64,000 nucleotides of DNA from the human T2T-CHM13v2.0 reference genome, Homo sapiens. The notes beneath the pieces were generated by a model. The model was not told the DNA's origin and made no database searches. It saw nothing but the letters and a program-made list of their open reading frames with translations. Shown piece after piece: positions 1 through 13,819 of the stretch (position 1 is the first letter of the stretch; the number at the start of each line of letters is the position of its first letter). A program made the translations under genes and the position numbers. The stretch lies in the NCBI RefSeq assembly GCF_009914755.1, contig NC_060930.1; one strand, 5' to 3'.

Positions 1-470
1 TTCAAAGAATTGAGTGACATTGCACCAACAAATCCTTCACTTACCATCTACCTTTTTAGGTGAACAGAGTTTCTGTATAAAACAGAAATTAGTAAAAGAT
101 TCATTGCTGAGTTCTTTCTTATTCTAACAATATGTAGTGATTGTCCAAGGATGTGTAAGTGCAATTAAGAATCACACACATATACTGAAACATTTTTGAA
201 AAGTTTGAAATGGGCAAAAAGATTACTGGGTGTCCGGTGCAGCACACCCTTCCAGGTTATCTCTGACTTTCATCATCTATGAGCTATTTTAGAACACTGT
301 ACGTTGAAAAAGTTGCATAGTAATACAAATAATTCTTGACCAAAGAAATGCTGAATTAGTTCCAGTGGTGATAACATTAATTATTGCCCCTGTAGATGTT
401 GACACATTTTGCATCTATTTGTAAGTTCATTTCAACATTCCTAATTGCCCCTGCACGCCCCCCAACCCCA

Positions 471-731
471 GCGCGCGCGAGCGTGTGTGTGTTTTGTGTG
501 TGTGTTGCGCGTGTGTGTTTGTGTGTGTGTTGTGCGCATGTGTGTGTTGTGTGTGTGCGTGTGTGTGTGTTGTGCGTGTGTGTGTTGTGTGTGTTGTGTG
601 TGCGTGTGTGTGTGTGCTGTGTGTGTTGTGTGTTGTGTGTGGTGTGTGTTGTGTGTGTGTTGTATGTGTGTGTTGTATGTGTGTGTTGTGTGTGTATGCG
701 TGTGTGTTCCTGTGTGTGCGTGTGTGTGTGT
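471..731. repeat. Complex (GC)n-(TG)n alternating purine-pyrimidine microsatellite, ~260 bp
   Basis: gcgcgcgcga followed by interrupted tgtgtg/tgcgtg/tgttg units; explains the V/C and H/T-rich ORFs at 377-814. Confidence 0.97.
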
Positions 732-851
732 TTAATTCTATTTTGAACTGTAGTTGATATCTTACTGATGCCCTCCTTGGTTAATGATGTAAACAAAATC
801 TTTGATATGTTCATTTTATGAAAGTCATGAGGATTTTACCTTTTAAAAATT

Positions 852-874
852 CACACACACACACACACACACAC
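852..874. repeat. (CA)n microsatellite
   Basis: Perfect CA run. Confidence 0.95.
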
Positions 875-2473
875 GACAGAAAACAAACTTGACCTGTGTG
901 CTTTCTACTTTTGAAGTGTATTGAGATATAATTTTTCCCTAATAAATGGCCAGTTTGGAGGTATGCTTTTTGCACTGTAACATGGATTTCTAAGATCCAG
1001 GGCAAATAATATTATGTACCCCTCCAAATTAAAAAAAAAAAGTCCTAACTAAATAACTTCATGCGAATCTCGAGGACTGCATGGATGAAAGCAAGTTTCT
1101 AAAGGGCACCTGAGCAGATGTGTATGGAAGCGGAGGCATCAGGAGAAGCCCTTTAGCTTGGCAGAATTCCGCTGCTCAGGACCATCCTGCTGTTACCGCC
1201 CATCGCTGCCCTGGGCTGATTGCAAACACCAGGGACTTCTTAGCATCAACCAGAGGATGCATCCCTGTCTCCCAGGGTCACTGTCTAACGTCCCTTTAGG
1301 CATGATGGCTCTGATTTTCTATTCCCAAGGGATTTTTTTCTGATCGGAAATAGTCCAAATCCTATTTGTCAATTGTACTGTTTTGTTTTTTGCTACCTGC
1401 TTTTCTGTTGTTATGCTTTCAATATCTTTTCAGTGAACCACTCCCCAGTAGCCTCCCCCAACTCCCCTGTACCCACTGTATCCACTCAGAAAAAAACCAA
1501 CAAATTCATTGTTTACAGAAACTCAGAGGAGTGCTTAATTTTTGTCTGGAGCCAACTAATTATATCTGCAAAGTAACCAGAAACTTCCTCACAGTGTGTC
1601 AACTCCACAGCAAGGCAGAGGAGACAAAACTCAACCAGGCTGATGTATAGCGATTCAGACCCTCCCAGGAGCTGAATAACACCCCGGTGTCACCGTCCTA
1701 GCAGCATGTTATGTTAGATAGACACCTCTTCTGACTGGATGTGACTGGGCTTGAGATGAGCGAGGAAGAAATGGCTGACATTAGATCCATTTCTGGGGGT
1801 GGGTTTTAACAGGGCGTGGAGAGGGAGCAAGAGGGCATCTTGTGCTTGGCAGGAAAACTTGTACTGAGTAAATATGTGCCTGAAGGGAGGCCAGGAGACA
1901 GCAAAGGGAAGGAAGGAAGACAAGAGCGCAGAGGGATCCCTAAGGGGGGCCACCAGAGAAACTTCCCTGAGACGCAGAAACATCCAAGATGCCTGGAAAG
2001 TTCCGTGCCTTCTCCCTGGGTTAGGAGGATCTGTAGGCCATAGAATGTCTATATTTGTCAGTGTGAGTTATACCTCCTGGGCGCACTCCTGTATTTCATC
2101 ACACATGGGTTTTCTTCATCTCACAGGGCTGCAACCCAAGTCTATTTGTGAGCTCAAGGCCCAGCCCCTTAACATGTTTTCCCCAACTCTGAATCTTTTC
2201 ATCTGCTTCCCACCAACTTCTGGAGACTTCCAGGTGTTAACTGAAATGACTGTATGGGCACCAGGTTCAGGTGGAGCATGCTGATTATAATCTGGTTGGC
2301 TGAAAAACTTGTTGGCAGTTTCTTTCTTAACTCTCTCGTGCCAATGGAAAACAAGCCCGCTGCCAAACCCCATTCAGTAAGAGGCACTAATGAACCTCCA
2401 GCAATCAGACCGTTGATGTCAGACTTGTTAGCTGGGGCCAACATTTGTGAACTTTGATTTTTAAGCCAGCTTT

Positions 2474-2547
2474 CACACACACATGCACAGGCACACGCAC
2501 ATGCACACACACACACGTGCACACACGTACAAACACATGCATACACT
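2474..2547. repeat. Degenerate (CA)n/(CATG)-type simple repeat
   Basis: cacacacacatgcacaggcacacgcacatgcacacacacacacgtgcac... Confidence 0.85.
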
Positions 2548-2734
2548 TGCATATTTGGCAACATTTTACTTCCCTGCTACCCGCTTATCCATGAACCCAC
2601 CTTTTCCCCAATCATCTAGAGATCTTTTACCTACTCCTAGGAAAGGTCAAGGTCACAAGTACATATCCTCAGTCTTCTGATAACAGAGAAGCAGATTCTA
2701 ATATTCAAAATGAAGCTACAATGTATGTGAGCTT

Positions 2735-3043
2735 CTTTTTTTCTTTTTCTTTTTCTTTTTTTTTTTTTTTGAGACGGAGTTTTGCTCTGTCGCCCAGGCT
2801 GGCGCAATCTCTGATCACTGCAACCTCCGCCTCCCAGGTTCAAGCGATTCTCCTGCCTCAGCCTCCTGAGTAGCTGGGATTACAGTCATGTGCCACCAGA
2901 GCTAGCTAATTTAGTATTTTTTTAGTAGAGACAGTGTCTCACCATGTTGGTCAGGCTGGTCATGAACTCCTGACCTCAGATGATCTGCCTGCCTCGGCCT
3001 CCCAAAGTGCTGGGATTACAGGCGTGAGCCACCGTGCCCAGCC
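2735..3043 (-). mobile_element. AluS (Sx/Sz-like), full length with ~10-bp internal deletion
   Basis: Poly-T then gagacggagt...cccaaagtgctgggattacaggcgtgagccacc; degenerate TSD aatgtatgtgagctt / aatttatgtgaactt. Confidence 0.95.
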
Positions 3044-3143
3044 AATTTATGTGAACTTTTAAGAGTAAGAGTCTGCCCCCCATATGCCTCAGCACAGAGT
3101 CTGGGCATATCGAAGTGGAGAAGGCGTCTGCTCACGCTCTGGA

Positions 3144-3345
3144 TAGTAGTGTGCTGGCAAATACTTAACAATCAGCTCTCCAACAGTGAAAAGCCCTGGC
3201 AGCATTTGCCTATTTCTAAGGTGTAAATGTTCCCTTCATGAGTGATTATAAGCCACCAATACAAGGCCACTCAACATGGAGTTGTGAAGGACAGCACATG
3301 GTTTTCTCTCAGAAGCCAGCAGGAGCCAGCTTCAGCACCCGACTT
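3144..3345. mobile_element. MER63A-like hAT-Blackjack MITE
   Basis: Starts agtagtgtgctggcaaatacttaacaatcagctctcc and ends gagccagcttcagcacccgact, matching remembered MER63 termini. Confidence 0.7.
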
Positions 3346-4815
3346 GCTCTGGGCTTAGCTTACCATGAACCAATCTCTAAGCATAAATCAACTACCCAGA
3401 AGAGTAACAGCTTATGAAGTAATTAGGGTCAGATTTGGAAGTGGTGTGGTGAAGAGGATCTGAAAGGGTTTTTCACATTCAAATTTCCCAAGAATTATCT
3501 TCGGCAGAGTAAGAGCCAGTAGTATCAGATACACACGGGAATGATCAGTCTCTTGAGATGGACAATATTTATCAAGCATCTTCTCATGTAGCACACTTTA
3601 ATAAAAGTCCAAGCCAAAAGGGGCCAACCTATGCCCTCTATGGCAATATAAATCTCCAGAAGTTGCTGACCTATTTACAGTTTGTGACCCAAGATTCTTT
3701 ATGCAATAGAAATAGGGTTTTGTGAAATTTTAGGATTTGGAAAAGACCTCACGGATTATCTATTCCAGTGACTTTATCAGACTCAAGATCCCACTCTTCC
3801 CCACTTTATGGAGGAATAATGGAAGTATGTTTTTGGGGTGTACAATCTGATCAGTTTTGTGTATGTATACAACTTTGGAACCATCCTTTAAAAAATATTC
3901 TGTAACACACCATGAAAGAAATTCATCCACTTACAAATATGTTTTTAAAAATCAATGTAATGATGAATTGCTAAATGCTCAGGTAGTTTTGTGCCAGGAC
4001 GACATAGTGAAGAAGTCAGATGGGTGCATGTGCATAGAGAACCATCGGAAATCAACAGCGTCAGCATGAATGAATGAACAATGAACAATGAATGAATACA
4101 TGTGGGGCTCAAAAGTGGGCAGCTTTGCAAAATGTGAGCTGATTTTCCAAACCAGTGCCCAATCTTGTTATTGTTCCAACAATAAAATTTAAAAAGTCTC
4201 AAGATTTACATGATCACTGTATATTAAACCTGTGTAAAGATTCTTTGTGCTTTTATGTAGAATGGGGTTAGATTCTAGGCACAGATAATGCTACAAGCAG
4301 GCCTCTCACCTACATGGCTATACAGTAGAACATCCTCAGATCTTGCAGAATGTGAGATAGTTATTTTGGGGAACAGTCCTGTGCATCATAGGCCATTGCC
4401 CCCCCAGTTCTTGTGACAACGCCAAAAGGGTCCCATTGCTCTTGGCAAGGCACAGATGTACTTTAATATATATTTTGCAGAAACAGCTGTTGTGCTCCTG
4501 CTGTATTAGTTGTTTTCAGTCATAAATAACATAAAGTTCTGGCTCCCACTGGCTTGGACAACCCAAGAATTTATGACCTCACAGAACAGCCGCTCAATAA
4601 TGTCACTGGAGACCAAGATTCCTGTTCCATCTTTCCTGCTGCCCTCTGGTTGGCTGCAGGCTGGCTGCACAGTCCAGCTCCTGCTGGACACCAGTCTCAC
4701 CAGAGGAGAAGGGGATGTCTCAGAGATGCCCCTTCTGCAGGCTCCCTCATTTACCATGCCTCTCGGGCAAACGGGGCAAATGTGGTTGGCTAAGATGAGT
4801 CAGAATCTTCCCTGG

Positions 4816-5176
4816 GTGTCTTCATCTGTTTGGGCTGCTGTATCAAAGTACCATCAGCTGGTGGATTCTAAACAACAGAAATTTATAAACAGCCCTAGCA
4901 GTCCTGGAGGCTGGAAGTCCAAGATCAAGGTGCCAGCAGGTCACTGTCTGGTGGAGTCCCACTTCCTTCATCGATGGCTTCTTCTTGCTGTGTCCTCATG
5001 TGGATGGCGGACTGAGGTGTCTCTCTTGAGCCTCTTTTATGAGGGCACAAATCCAACTCAGGAGGCTCCACCCCCATGACCTAATCTCCTCCCAAAGGCC
5101 CCACCTCCTAAACCGTCACCTTGGTGTTGGTTTCAACACACGAATTTTAGGGGGACACAGGATTCAGCCCATAGTA
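4816..5176 (-). mobile_element. MLT1A/MLT1A0 MaLR solo LTR
   Basis: ctggaggctggaagtccaagatcaaggtgccagcagg ... cctcccaaaggccccacctcctaa ... ggggacaca, the reverse of the MLT1A consensus. Confidence 0.88.
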
Positions 5177-7197
5177 TTTGGGCAGGAGATGACATCACTG
5201 TGAGTAGGGTGGAAACCGGATACAATGGGGATTCTCAGAGGAAGAGAAGGGGGATTGGGGATGTGGCTTAGGCATCAATGGACAGCATCCAGTATGTGGA
5301 GAAACTGGTGAAATGTTGACTGATTGTGGGTGGGGCCAGGTGGAGAAGGGAGGTGAAGGAGGGTGGGGAGGCTGCACCCTGAGATCACTGCTCACCTTTC
5401 TGTTTCCTATGCCAGCAACAGCAGAGGCCAGCACGAGGGGAGGAACCCAGGCCTCCGACGGTCCCGGTGTTTTAGTCACCCTCCATGATCAGATGGCAAC
5501 ATGATGGGGGTGCTGGGCCTCAGTGGCATCTCACAGAACCCACAGCCCTGAAAACCATGCTTCCTGGTGCCTGCCCACGGCAGTGAGCGCCTTGGGGGTG
5601 GGCTGGATTTGTATTCCGTTTCAAGCCCAGCACTTACTGTGACCATCACCCGTGAAGCACTTGATGGTGTTTTACCAAATGACTGAAGGCAGCTCTGGCT
5701 CTGGGCTGGCCATCTGCCATGTGGGCTACTTGTGGGTCCACAGCCTGAATTGCCAGGCACATCTTCCACTTCATCCACCCCTGCTTCACTCATCCATCCG
5801 CCTCCCTCTCTATACAAGGGCCGTTTTAATTCCTGCTGGGAAATGCTGAGCAGAAAGTCACTTTAAGAACTGACTGTGGAATTCCTCCCTTGGACAGAGC
5901 TGACTTTGCTTAGGAATATATCTAAATGAGCATGTTTGTTTATGAAGACGAGGGCATGGTCCGCAATGGTCAGGAAATGACCAAGAAATGGAGAAACTGC
6001 ATGGTATTAGAAAATAACAGGAGATGGTGGGTGGAGACCAACAATAACACTTGAAAGAGAGGTGCGAGAGCACGTTGAGAGCATTTCCCCCATGTCGGGA
6101 CACCAGAGATGTGGGGGAAAGTCAGCCAAGAGGCTCATGGGAGCAGCTCTGGAGGAGGGATGCCTGACTTCCTGTCTTGAATTATCTGCTACGCTGCGTG
6201 GTGTGCACCCCATCCCCATCCTCCTTAATCTTGAGTCAGGGTCTTTGATACACCCACCGACTTGTGTGAGCGTGGGGTGGTGGAAGCTGTGGCTGGGTTG
6301 GGGTGACATGGGACAGAGAGAAGGAGACGGTCACAGGAGGTGAGCTGTGCATGAGTTCAAGAGGTCAGGAGGTCAGAAGATTGGAACAAGAGGTGACCAT
6401 GGGACTGTCACTCCCACGGAGTTTGCAGAAATCTTGGGTAGGTCCCTGGCCTTCCCACAGGATGTGGGAAGGAGGCTTAGCCAACTTTAGTTGAATCCTG
6501 GAGGACCTGGTGGCCCCACTGACTTCTATGTTACACAATCTCCTCCGTTCACTCTTCTGGCCAAAAATGGACACAGGGAATAAAGAAACCTAGAAACCCA
6601 GGATCTTGATACATCAAGTTTGGTGTGGCTATAAATGCAAAATAGTAGGTGATAGGCACCAGACAGCTCTGTTCACAGTGGCCCAAGCATCCATCCCACT
6701 CCTACTATCTGCAGTCCTAACAACTGGGCCAGGCCCCAGGAACAGCAGGCGTGTGGGCTCTGGTTGCCTCGGTGAAGGATTCCTCACATAGGACCCACTA
6801 CCCTATGGCTGTCTAACCAAGTCAGGCATTTCCCTCACTAGCTTTTACAAACAGTCTACTATTCACCACCTTGTGGCTGGTGGGGCTGACCTGGCCTTGG
6901 GAGTCTGGAAGCTAATCTAAAGGAAGGGACTTCTGGGCTGAGACTCAAAGGATGGGATGGTGTTAGCCAGGCAAAGAAAAGAGTTTGATGAGTAACAAGC
7001 ATTCCAAAAGTCCCCACGGCTCGGCCTGTCTCTGCAATGGTTTGATCAGAGTTGTGGTGTCCCATAAAGGAGAATTGCCTGCAAAATGACTTGGATGTTA
7101 GGTCTGTTAACTCTTAGCTCTTTCTATGTATGTGGCTGCACACACAGGCAAACACACATCGCATCCTTTCCTCATCCTCCAGTGGATGGGAAGCTCT

Positions 7198-7237
7198 GAT
7201 GTGTGTGTATGTGTGTGTGTGTGTGTGTATGTGTGTG
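7198..7237. repeat. (TG)n microsatellite
   Basis: Interrupted TG run. Confidence 0.9.
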
Positions 7238-7361
7238 ATTTATGTCAGTCTTTTCTGTACAAAGAATGAGGATATGGTGGGGAGGATGAATAGAAGTTGC
7301 TCTTATAATTAGATGTGTGGGAGGTTTTGATTGCTTATAAGACAGCAGTCTGAAAAATGAC

Positions 7362-7795
7362 ACAGTACAGCAGAGGTTAAGAGTACAGATGCCCCTCCAT
7401 TTACAACAGGGCTACAGCCCAACAAACCCATCCTAAACTGGATTTGTTGTAAAATATCCTAAGTTGAACATGTGTGGCTGATGGAGTGGGGCTCGCTGCC
7501 GCTGCCTAGCACCATGAGAGAAGTACGGTTTCTATGAAGGCGTCACACCATCCTGAAGTCGAATCATTTTAAGTCAGGGACGGTCTGTACACACTTTGAA
7601 GCAATTGTCTTCGATATCTGGCTCTGCCAAGTTCAAGCTACGCCAGCTTCCTGGCATCTCTGTGACTCACGTCTCTGTTTCCCATGGCAACCCATCTGAC
7701 ACCATCCATCTCATGGGCTGGTTGCGAGTGGGGACTGAGATCATGCAGGTGAAGCACTTGCAGAGTGCTCACTAAACATTAGTAAATGTTACTGT
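7362..7795 (+). mobile_element. MIR SINE interrupted by MER47
   Basis: gtacagcagaggttaagagta...[MER47]...ctctgtgactca...ctcatgggctggttgcgag...gtgaagcacttgcaga resembles MIR head, core and tail. Confidence 0.55.
7386..7587. mobile_element. MER47-family TcMar-Tigger MITE
   Basis: cagatgcccctccatttac ... taagtcagggacggtctg terminal inverted repeats flanked by TA target duplications (7384-7385, 7588-7589). Confidence 0.85.
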
Positions 7796-8036
7796 TTTCA
7801 CACAGGGGAGGAGCAGATCAAGATGACTCCTTTAGCTTCCCCACTCATTGAGGAGCAAATGGCAGGAAGCATCTGCCTCTGGATCAAAGAGAACAATCCA
7901 TTTCTAGAGGTTCTGTTTTACAAATTTGGTTCTCTTTACAAATGTGCTCACTCATCTTCAAAACTCTAAAGTAATAAAATATTTATTGAACATTAAAATA
8001 TTAAAATAAATAATTAAAAACATTAAAATAATACTT

Positions 8037-8906
<870 letters not shown>

Positions 8907-9333
8907 CTATGTGTTGGGTGGGTTCTTGAGGATGAATCCAGAGTTGTCCAGGAAAATTCAAAATATCCCTGGGAAATTGCAGGCTAATAATGTCCCCAGG
9001 GCACCTTTGTAAGCATGTATCTGAGCAAGCATTGAGTTAAGAGATGGAGACTCGGGTCTGAATTCCGGTCTTTAAGGCCTCAGTTTTTATACCTCTCAAA
9101 CAAGTATAATTTGCTTTGCTCTTGTGATTTGTAAGATTAAATTGTATCTATATAAACAAAAGTGCTTGTAAAAATATGATTCATTCCACAGGTGAAAATG
9201 ATACCTGTGCCCATTTCTCATTTGGTATTGTTCTCTTAGGAAGCAGTCACTTCTTCAAGAATTTCTCAGGACACATGAAGAAAGAGTGACTGAAATAATT
9301 TCTTGATAATTGCCAAGCATTCGGGGGATGAAT

Positions 9334-9661
9334 GTTTTGTTTATTTGTTTTTTTAGATATATTATCTCACTCTGTCACCTAGGTGGGGTCAGTGGTACAA
9401 TCATAGCTCACTGCAGTCTTGAACTCCTGGGCTCAAGTGGGCTCAAGTGATCTTCCCACCTCAGCCTCCTGAGTACCTGGGACTACAGGCACATGCCACC
9501 AAGCCCAGCTAGTTTTTGTTTGTTTGGGCGTTTCTGTTTTTTTGTAGAGATGAGGTCTTACTATGTTGCCAGACTGTTCTCAACCTCCTGGCCTCTAGCG
9601 ATCCTCCAGCTTCTATCTTCCAAAGTGCTGGGATTACAGGTGTGAGCCACCAGGCCTGGCC
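9334..9661 (-). mobile_element. AluJ with a 10-bp tandem duplication (gggctcaagt x2)
   Basis: atcatagctcactgcagtcttgaactcctgggctcaagt (AluJ diagnostic) through caaagtgctgggattacaggtgtgagcc. Confidence 0.92.
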
Positions 9662-10229
9662 TGAAGGGTGGGTTTTAGATGTCATATACTACTGCTGTTG
9701 CCTACAGTGATTGACGTGATTAAGCTGCCACAATTCAAAAGCAAGACAGCTAGTCCTGGGCGAGTCATTAAGAGTTCTGGAGCACAGGGAAAATGAAAGT
9801 CATTCCCTTTCACGGGTATAACTTTCTTTCCCAATGGCCCCCAAGACAACTCCCATTGGGGTGATTGAGGGGGGCACTTAAAGAAGGCATCACCAGGTCT
9901 AGTTTCTCCATAAAACGTCCCTGGTGTAAAGTTAGCTGTACGTCTCTCAAACTAGCCACTTTGAATGGCTCTGTCATTAGGAAAGAATTTAGTGGCCTTA
10001 CATTAATATAAGCTAATGGTTTCTGGAGGATTTTTCAGCAGCAAATAATAAGTTTAAGCAGCCTCCTGAGAAGGTTGAATGACGTACCAGCTCTAAAGCA
10101 CCTGAGAGCAGTATGTCTGCCCTCTCCAGGAGCAAAACGTTGGTTATTGAGCTTAATTTGCCTGAAAGCCACTAGCTCTGACATCGTATCTGTACTTGAC
10201 CCTCCTATTTCTCCCATCACCATGGATGA

Positions 10230-10556
<327 letters not shown>

Positions 10557-10714
10557 TAGAGAAAAACAGTTGACATCAAGTCACAATGCAGTGTGTTGAA
10601 GTGTGTAGGAATGCTTGGGTGGACCTGAAAGACTGCCAGTTAACATTTTTTCTGACACTAAACTTTTCGGAGTTCTACACCAATGACATAAGAACAAACA
10701 ATAATCTGATATAT

Positions 10715-11056
10715 TACACATATATAACACACATAACGTAAAATTTACTGTTTTAAATTTTTTTTTGAGAGATGGGGTCTTGCTCTGTTGCCCCATCTGG
10801 AGTGCAGTAGCATGATCATAGCTCACGACAGCCTTGAATTGCTAGGGCTCAAGCCATCCTCCCATCTCAGCCTCCCAAAGTGTTGGAATTACAGGCATAA
10901 GCCACTGTGCCTGGTGGCCTGTTTTAACCATTTTTTAAGTTAACCATTTTAAGCTCTGAGGCATTAAGTACATTCACACTGTTGTGCAACCATCACCATC
11001 ATTTACCTTTAGAACTTTCTCATCTTCCTCAACTGAAACTCTTTGTCCATTAAGCA
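10715..11056 (-). mobile_element. L1MB-type 3' end, interrupted by FRAM
   Basis: cataacgtaaaatttac...ggcattaagtacattcacactgttgtgcaaccatcacc...aactgaaactct. Confidence 0.8.
10758..10918 (-). mobile_element. FRAM/AluJ monomer
   Basis: Single right-arm-like monomer with poly-T; ctgttttaa duplicated on both flanks. Confidence 0.85.
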
Positions 11057-12589
11057 GCTTTCATTTTTATTGGAAAACAGGCAGGTTGTTGAGGATGACT
11101 GTTCACCGTGGCACACGGACGCGCACAGACAATACTCTCAGAGGAATGCCATTCTGGGTTGTGTCTCCATGGGAAGGGGGTCATCAAAGCAGGCTCTTTG
11201 GGGGCTCACAGAATGATGGGGAGTTCAGATTAGTACCCCAGCCATGGGGAGGGCCTGCCGTAACAATGTGAAGGAGGGCAGCTGGATGCCCCCCAGCGGT
11301 GCTGCAACTTCATTTCCTGCATGCTGACCGGCTTGGCAGTCCCTCCTGGGAGTGTGGGAGTACAACCCAGCTCCTGCGTATGGTTCACATGCTGACCCTT
11401 CAAAAAAATACCATCTGAAAATTTGGCTATTGCCAAATTGCCCCAAAGAAATGATCTTTGAGCAAAGGGAAAAGTATTTGTCACTCCCAGCCTGGTGAGT
11501 TTTCTCCAAAGCAAACAGATGTGCCCTTCCAAAAATAACCATTCTGCCCATTGGGTCATAACTGTTTACATTCGGTCAGAGCCATAAAGAGCCAGGATTT
11601 AGGCCAGCAACACTGTGAAGAGGGCATCTCCTGGATGAAGGCTCTTGTTCTGCTCTCTGGAAAAGGTTTTCAGGAGAAAAGGCGGAGCCTCCCAGAGAGG
11701 AAGAAGGAAACAAGAGAGAGCAAGGGCAGGAGGGATTGGAGGAGCGTGGTGGGTGCAGTGCCTTGGGCTCGGTCAGTGCGCCCTGCTGCAGGCCTGGCCC
11801 TGGTACTTCTGAGGGCGACCCCCAGTTGCTGTGGGCCTGCTGGCATTGTTGGGGAGGAGGGCGGGCGGCAAGAGTGGGGTGTTTCTGGGGAGTTGATGGC
11901 ATTTGGAAATTATTTTCTGAAACATAACTCTAATGTCTTGTGTTTTCATGATCTGAAATTGCCTTGGGAGCCTTTGAGGCTTACTGGAGTCCCAGGGGCG
12001 CTTAGCAGCCCTCCGTGGAAGTTGTGGTGAGCAGCCGGAATGTTGACCCAGGAGCAGAAGCCACCCGGGGCAGTCATAACCGCCCGCAGGCCAGCAGCAT
12101 TGTGAAATAGCCCTCCTGAGGGGGAACGCTCACATAGCAGGGAGGGAGTTTGGGGAAGAAAAGAAGGAGAAAGGACAAAGGCAATAGCGTGAAGGGAAAG
12201 CCTGCTGCATGCCAAGCACCTGGCTGGAACGTTCAGGTCTTCAGAGATCGTGTGACTTTAAGGAAAAGCTCCGAGAGCTTCAATAACTTGTTCAAGGACA
12301 TGTAGGGTATGAGCGTGTGCAAGTGCGGGTCTCCACATGTCCCCAGTCACAGGGTGCTCCGAAGACGCTTCAGGCTTCCTGACTACTTCCAGCTAGAAGG
12401 AATGCTGACGATCAAAAATATTTCAGATAGTTTCAAAAAGAAACAGACATTCAGAAAACCACAGAAAACTTTTTTTTTGAAAGTCTTAGCAATAGTTTGC
12501 ATTTATATAGTAATAAAATGATAGATTTTATGTGTAAATCCAAGAGAGTTTACATAGATATGCAGTATTTAAAAGACTGTCCTATGAAG

Positions 12590-12710
12590 CCAGGTGCTAA
12601 TATTCCCATTTTACAGATGAAGACACTGAGATTCAAAGAGATGAAGTGACTTCCCTCTAGGTTCATAAATGAAGAAAGAGGAAGAACTAGTTCTAGAACG
12701 AGATCTTCCC
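12590..12710 (-). mobile_element. MIR SINE fragment
   Basis: cccattttacagatgaagacactgagattcaaagagatgaagtgacttccc is the MIR core, reversed. Confidence 0.85.
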
Positions 12711-13819
12711 ATAGTTAAATTCTTTCTGTAACAATCCATTGCCTTTGAGTAGCTCAATGTAATGCATTTTAAATTTAGATTGATCAAAAGGTAACTGTCA
12801 GTGAAATTATAGTTTTGTTGGTCCGAAAGCCTTTTTAAAAAGATTTTTGTTAAAAACACATAAAACAATTATTACCTGATAAACTGAGATTTTGAAATGC
12901 CAAGCTCTTTGCAGACTAACGTCTGTGTGAGTCTTGGATCCTCTGAATGACTTTTGCAGCATTAAATATATAAAACATAACACTGAGTTAAACTATTGAT
13001 CATACGGGAGGGGAAGCATGGTTAAGAAAATTTGGAAGAGTTAGGCAAGAGTGTAGAAAACTGTCAGTTTATTGGAAAAAAAAGACTAGGTTTTATGCTA
13101 TCCAATAAATATTGTATTTCTTTTAGTCATTTTCTGTTGCCCAACCTGTGCAAAGTACCCTAAGAGGGAAGAGAAGTTGTCTGAATGGAGTGCACCTCAA
13201 GGTCTTGGGGGAATTTAGCAACAGGCTGTGCAAGACATCGACATATTGTAACTTTTGCTAAACTGAAGAACCTTAATTGCTGTTTCCCAACCAGGAAGGA
13301 AGAAAATGATTTTGACGTGTGAAATGCAGAGTCAAATAGATTTCCCAGAAGAATTTCAACTGTGGAATGAAGGGCCTGTGGGAGTTATGATGAAGCGTCA
13401 AGCCTGGAGGGGAGAGAAGAGGGGAGGAATGGTGTCAAAGAGTGATTGATAACAGAAGTGTCCAGATGTTTTTATTATTTACATTTTACTCCCAGTGCTG
13501 TATGTGTAAATACTAGCAAGGTTAGTAACAGGAGTTACAAAAGATGCTTAACCTCTATCAGGTTATGTGACTCATCCATGGCTACCCCTGGCCTGGACTC
13601 CCCTCCGAGACTGGGGCCTGCATACCCTACTGCCCACTTCACATTTCCTCTGAGATACACAGAGCAGCTCAATTTCCACACTTCAAAACCACACTTGGGG
13701 TTTCCCATGGAAGCCAGTGGATGTCCAGCTCATTCTGTCTCTGAAGCCCAGGACCCAGTTCCAGAGGGTAAAAGTGAGCAACCTCCTCCCTTTTCCTACC
13801 AGTTCCCACCTCGTCTTCA

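Noticed and set aside
377-814. Overlapping Cys/Val and His/Thr-rich ORFs
   Set aside because: Translation of the (TG)n microsatellite
4510-5079. 189-aa ORF
   Set aside because: The C-terminal half is an MLT1A LTR read antisense; no domain similarity and a non-ATG start
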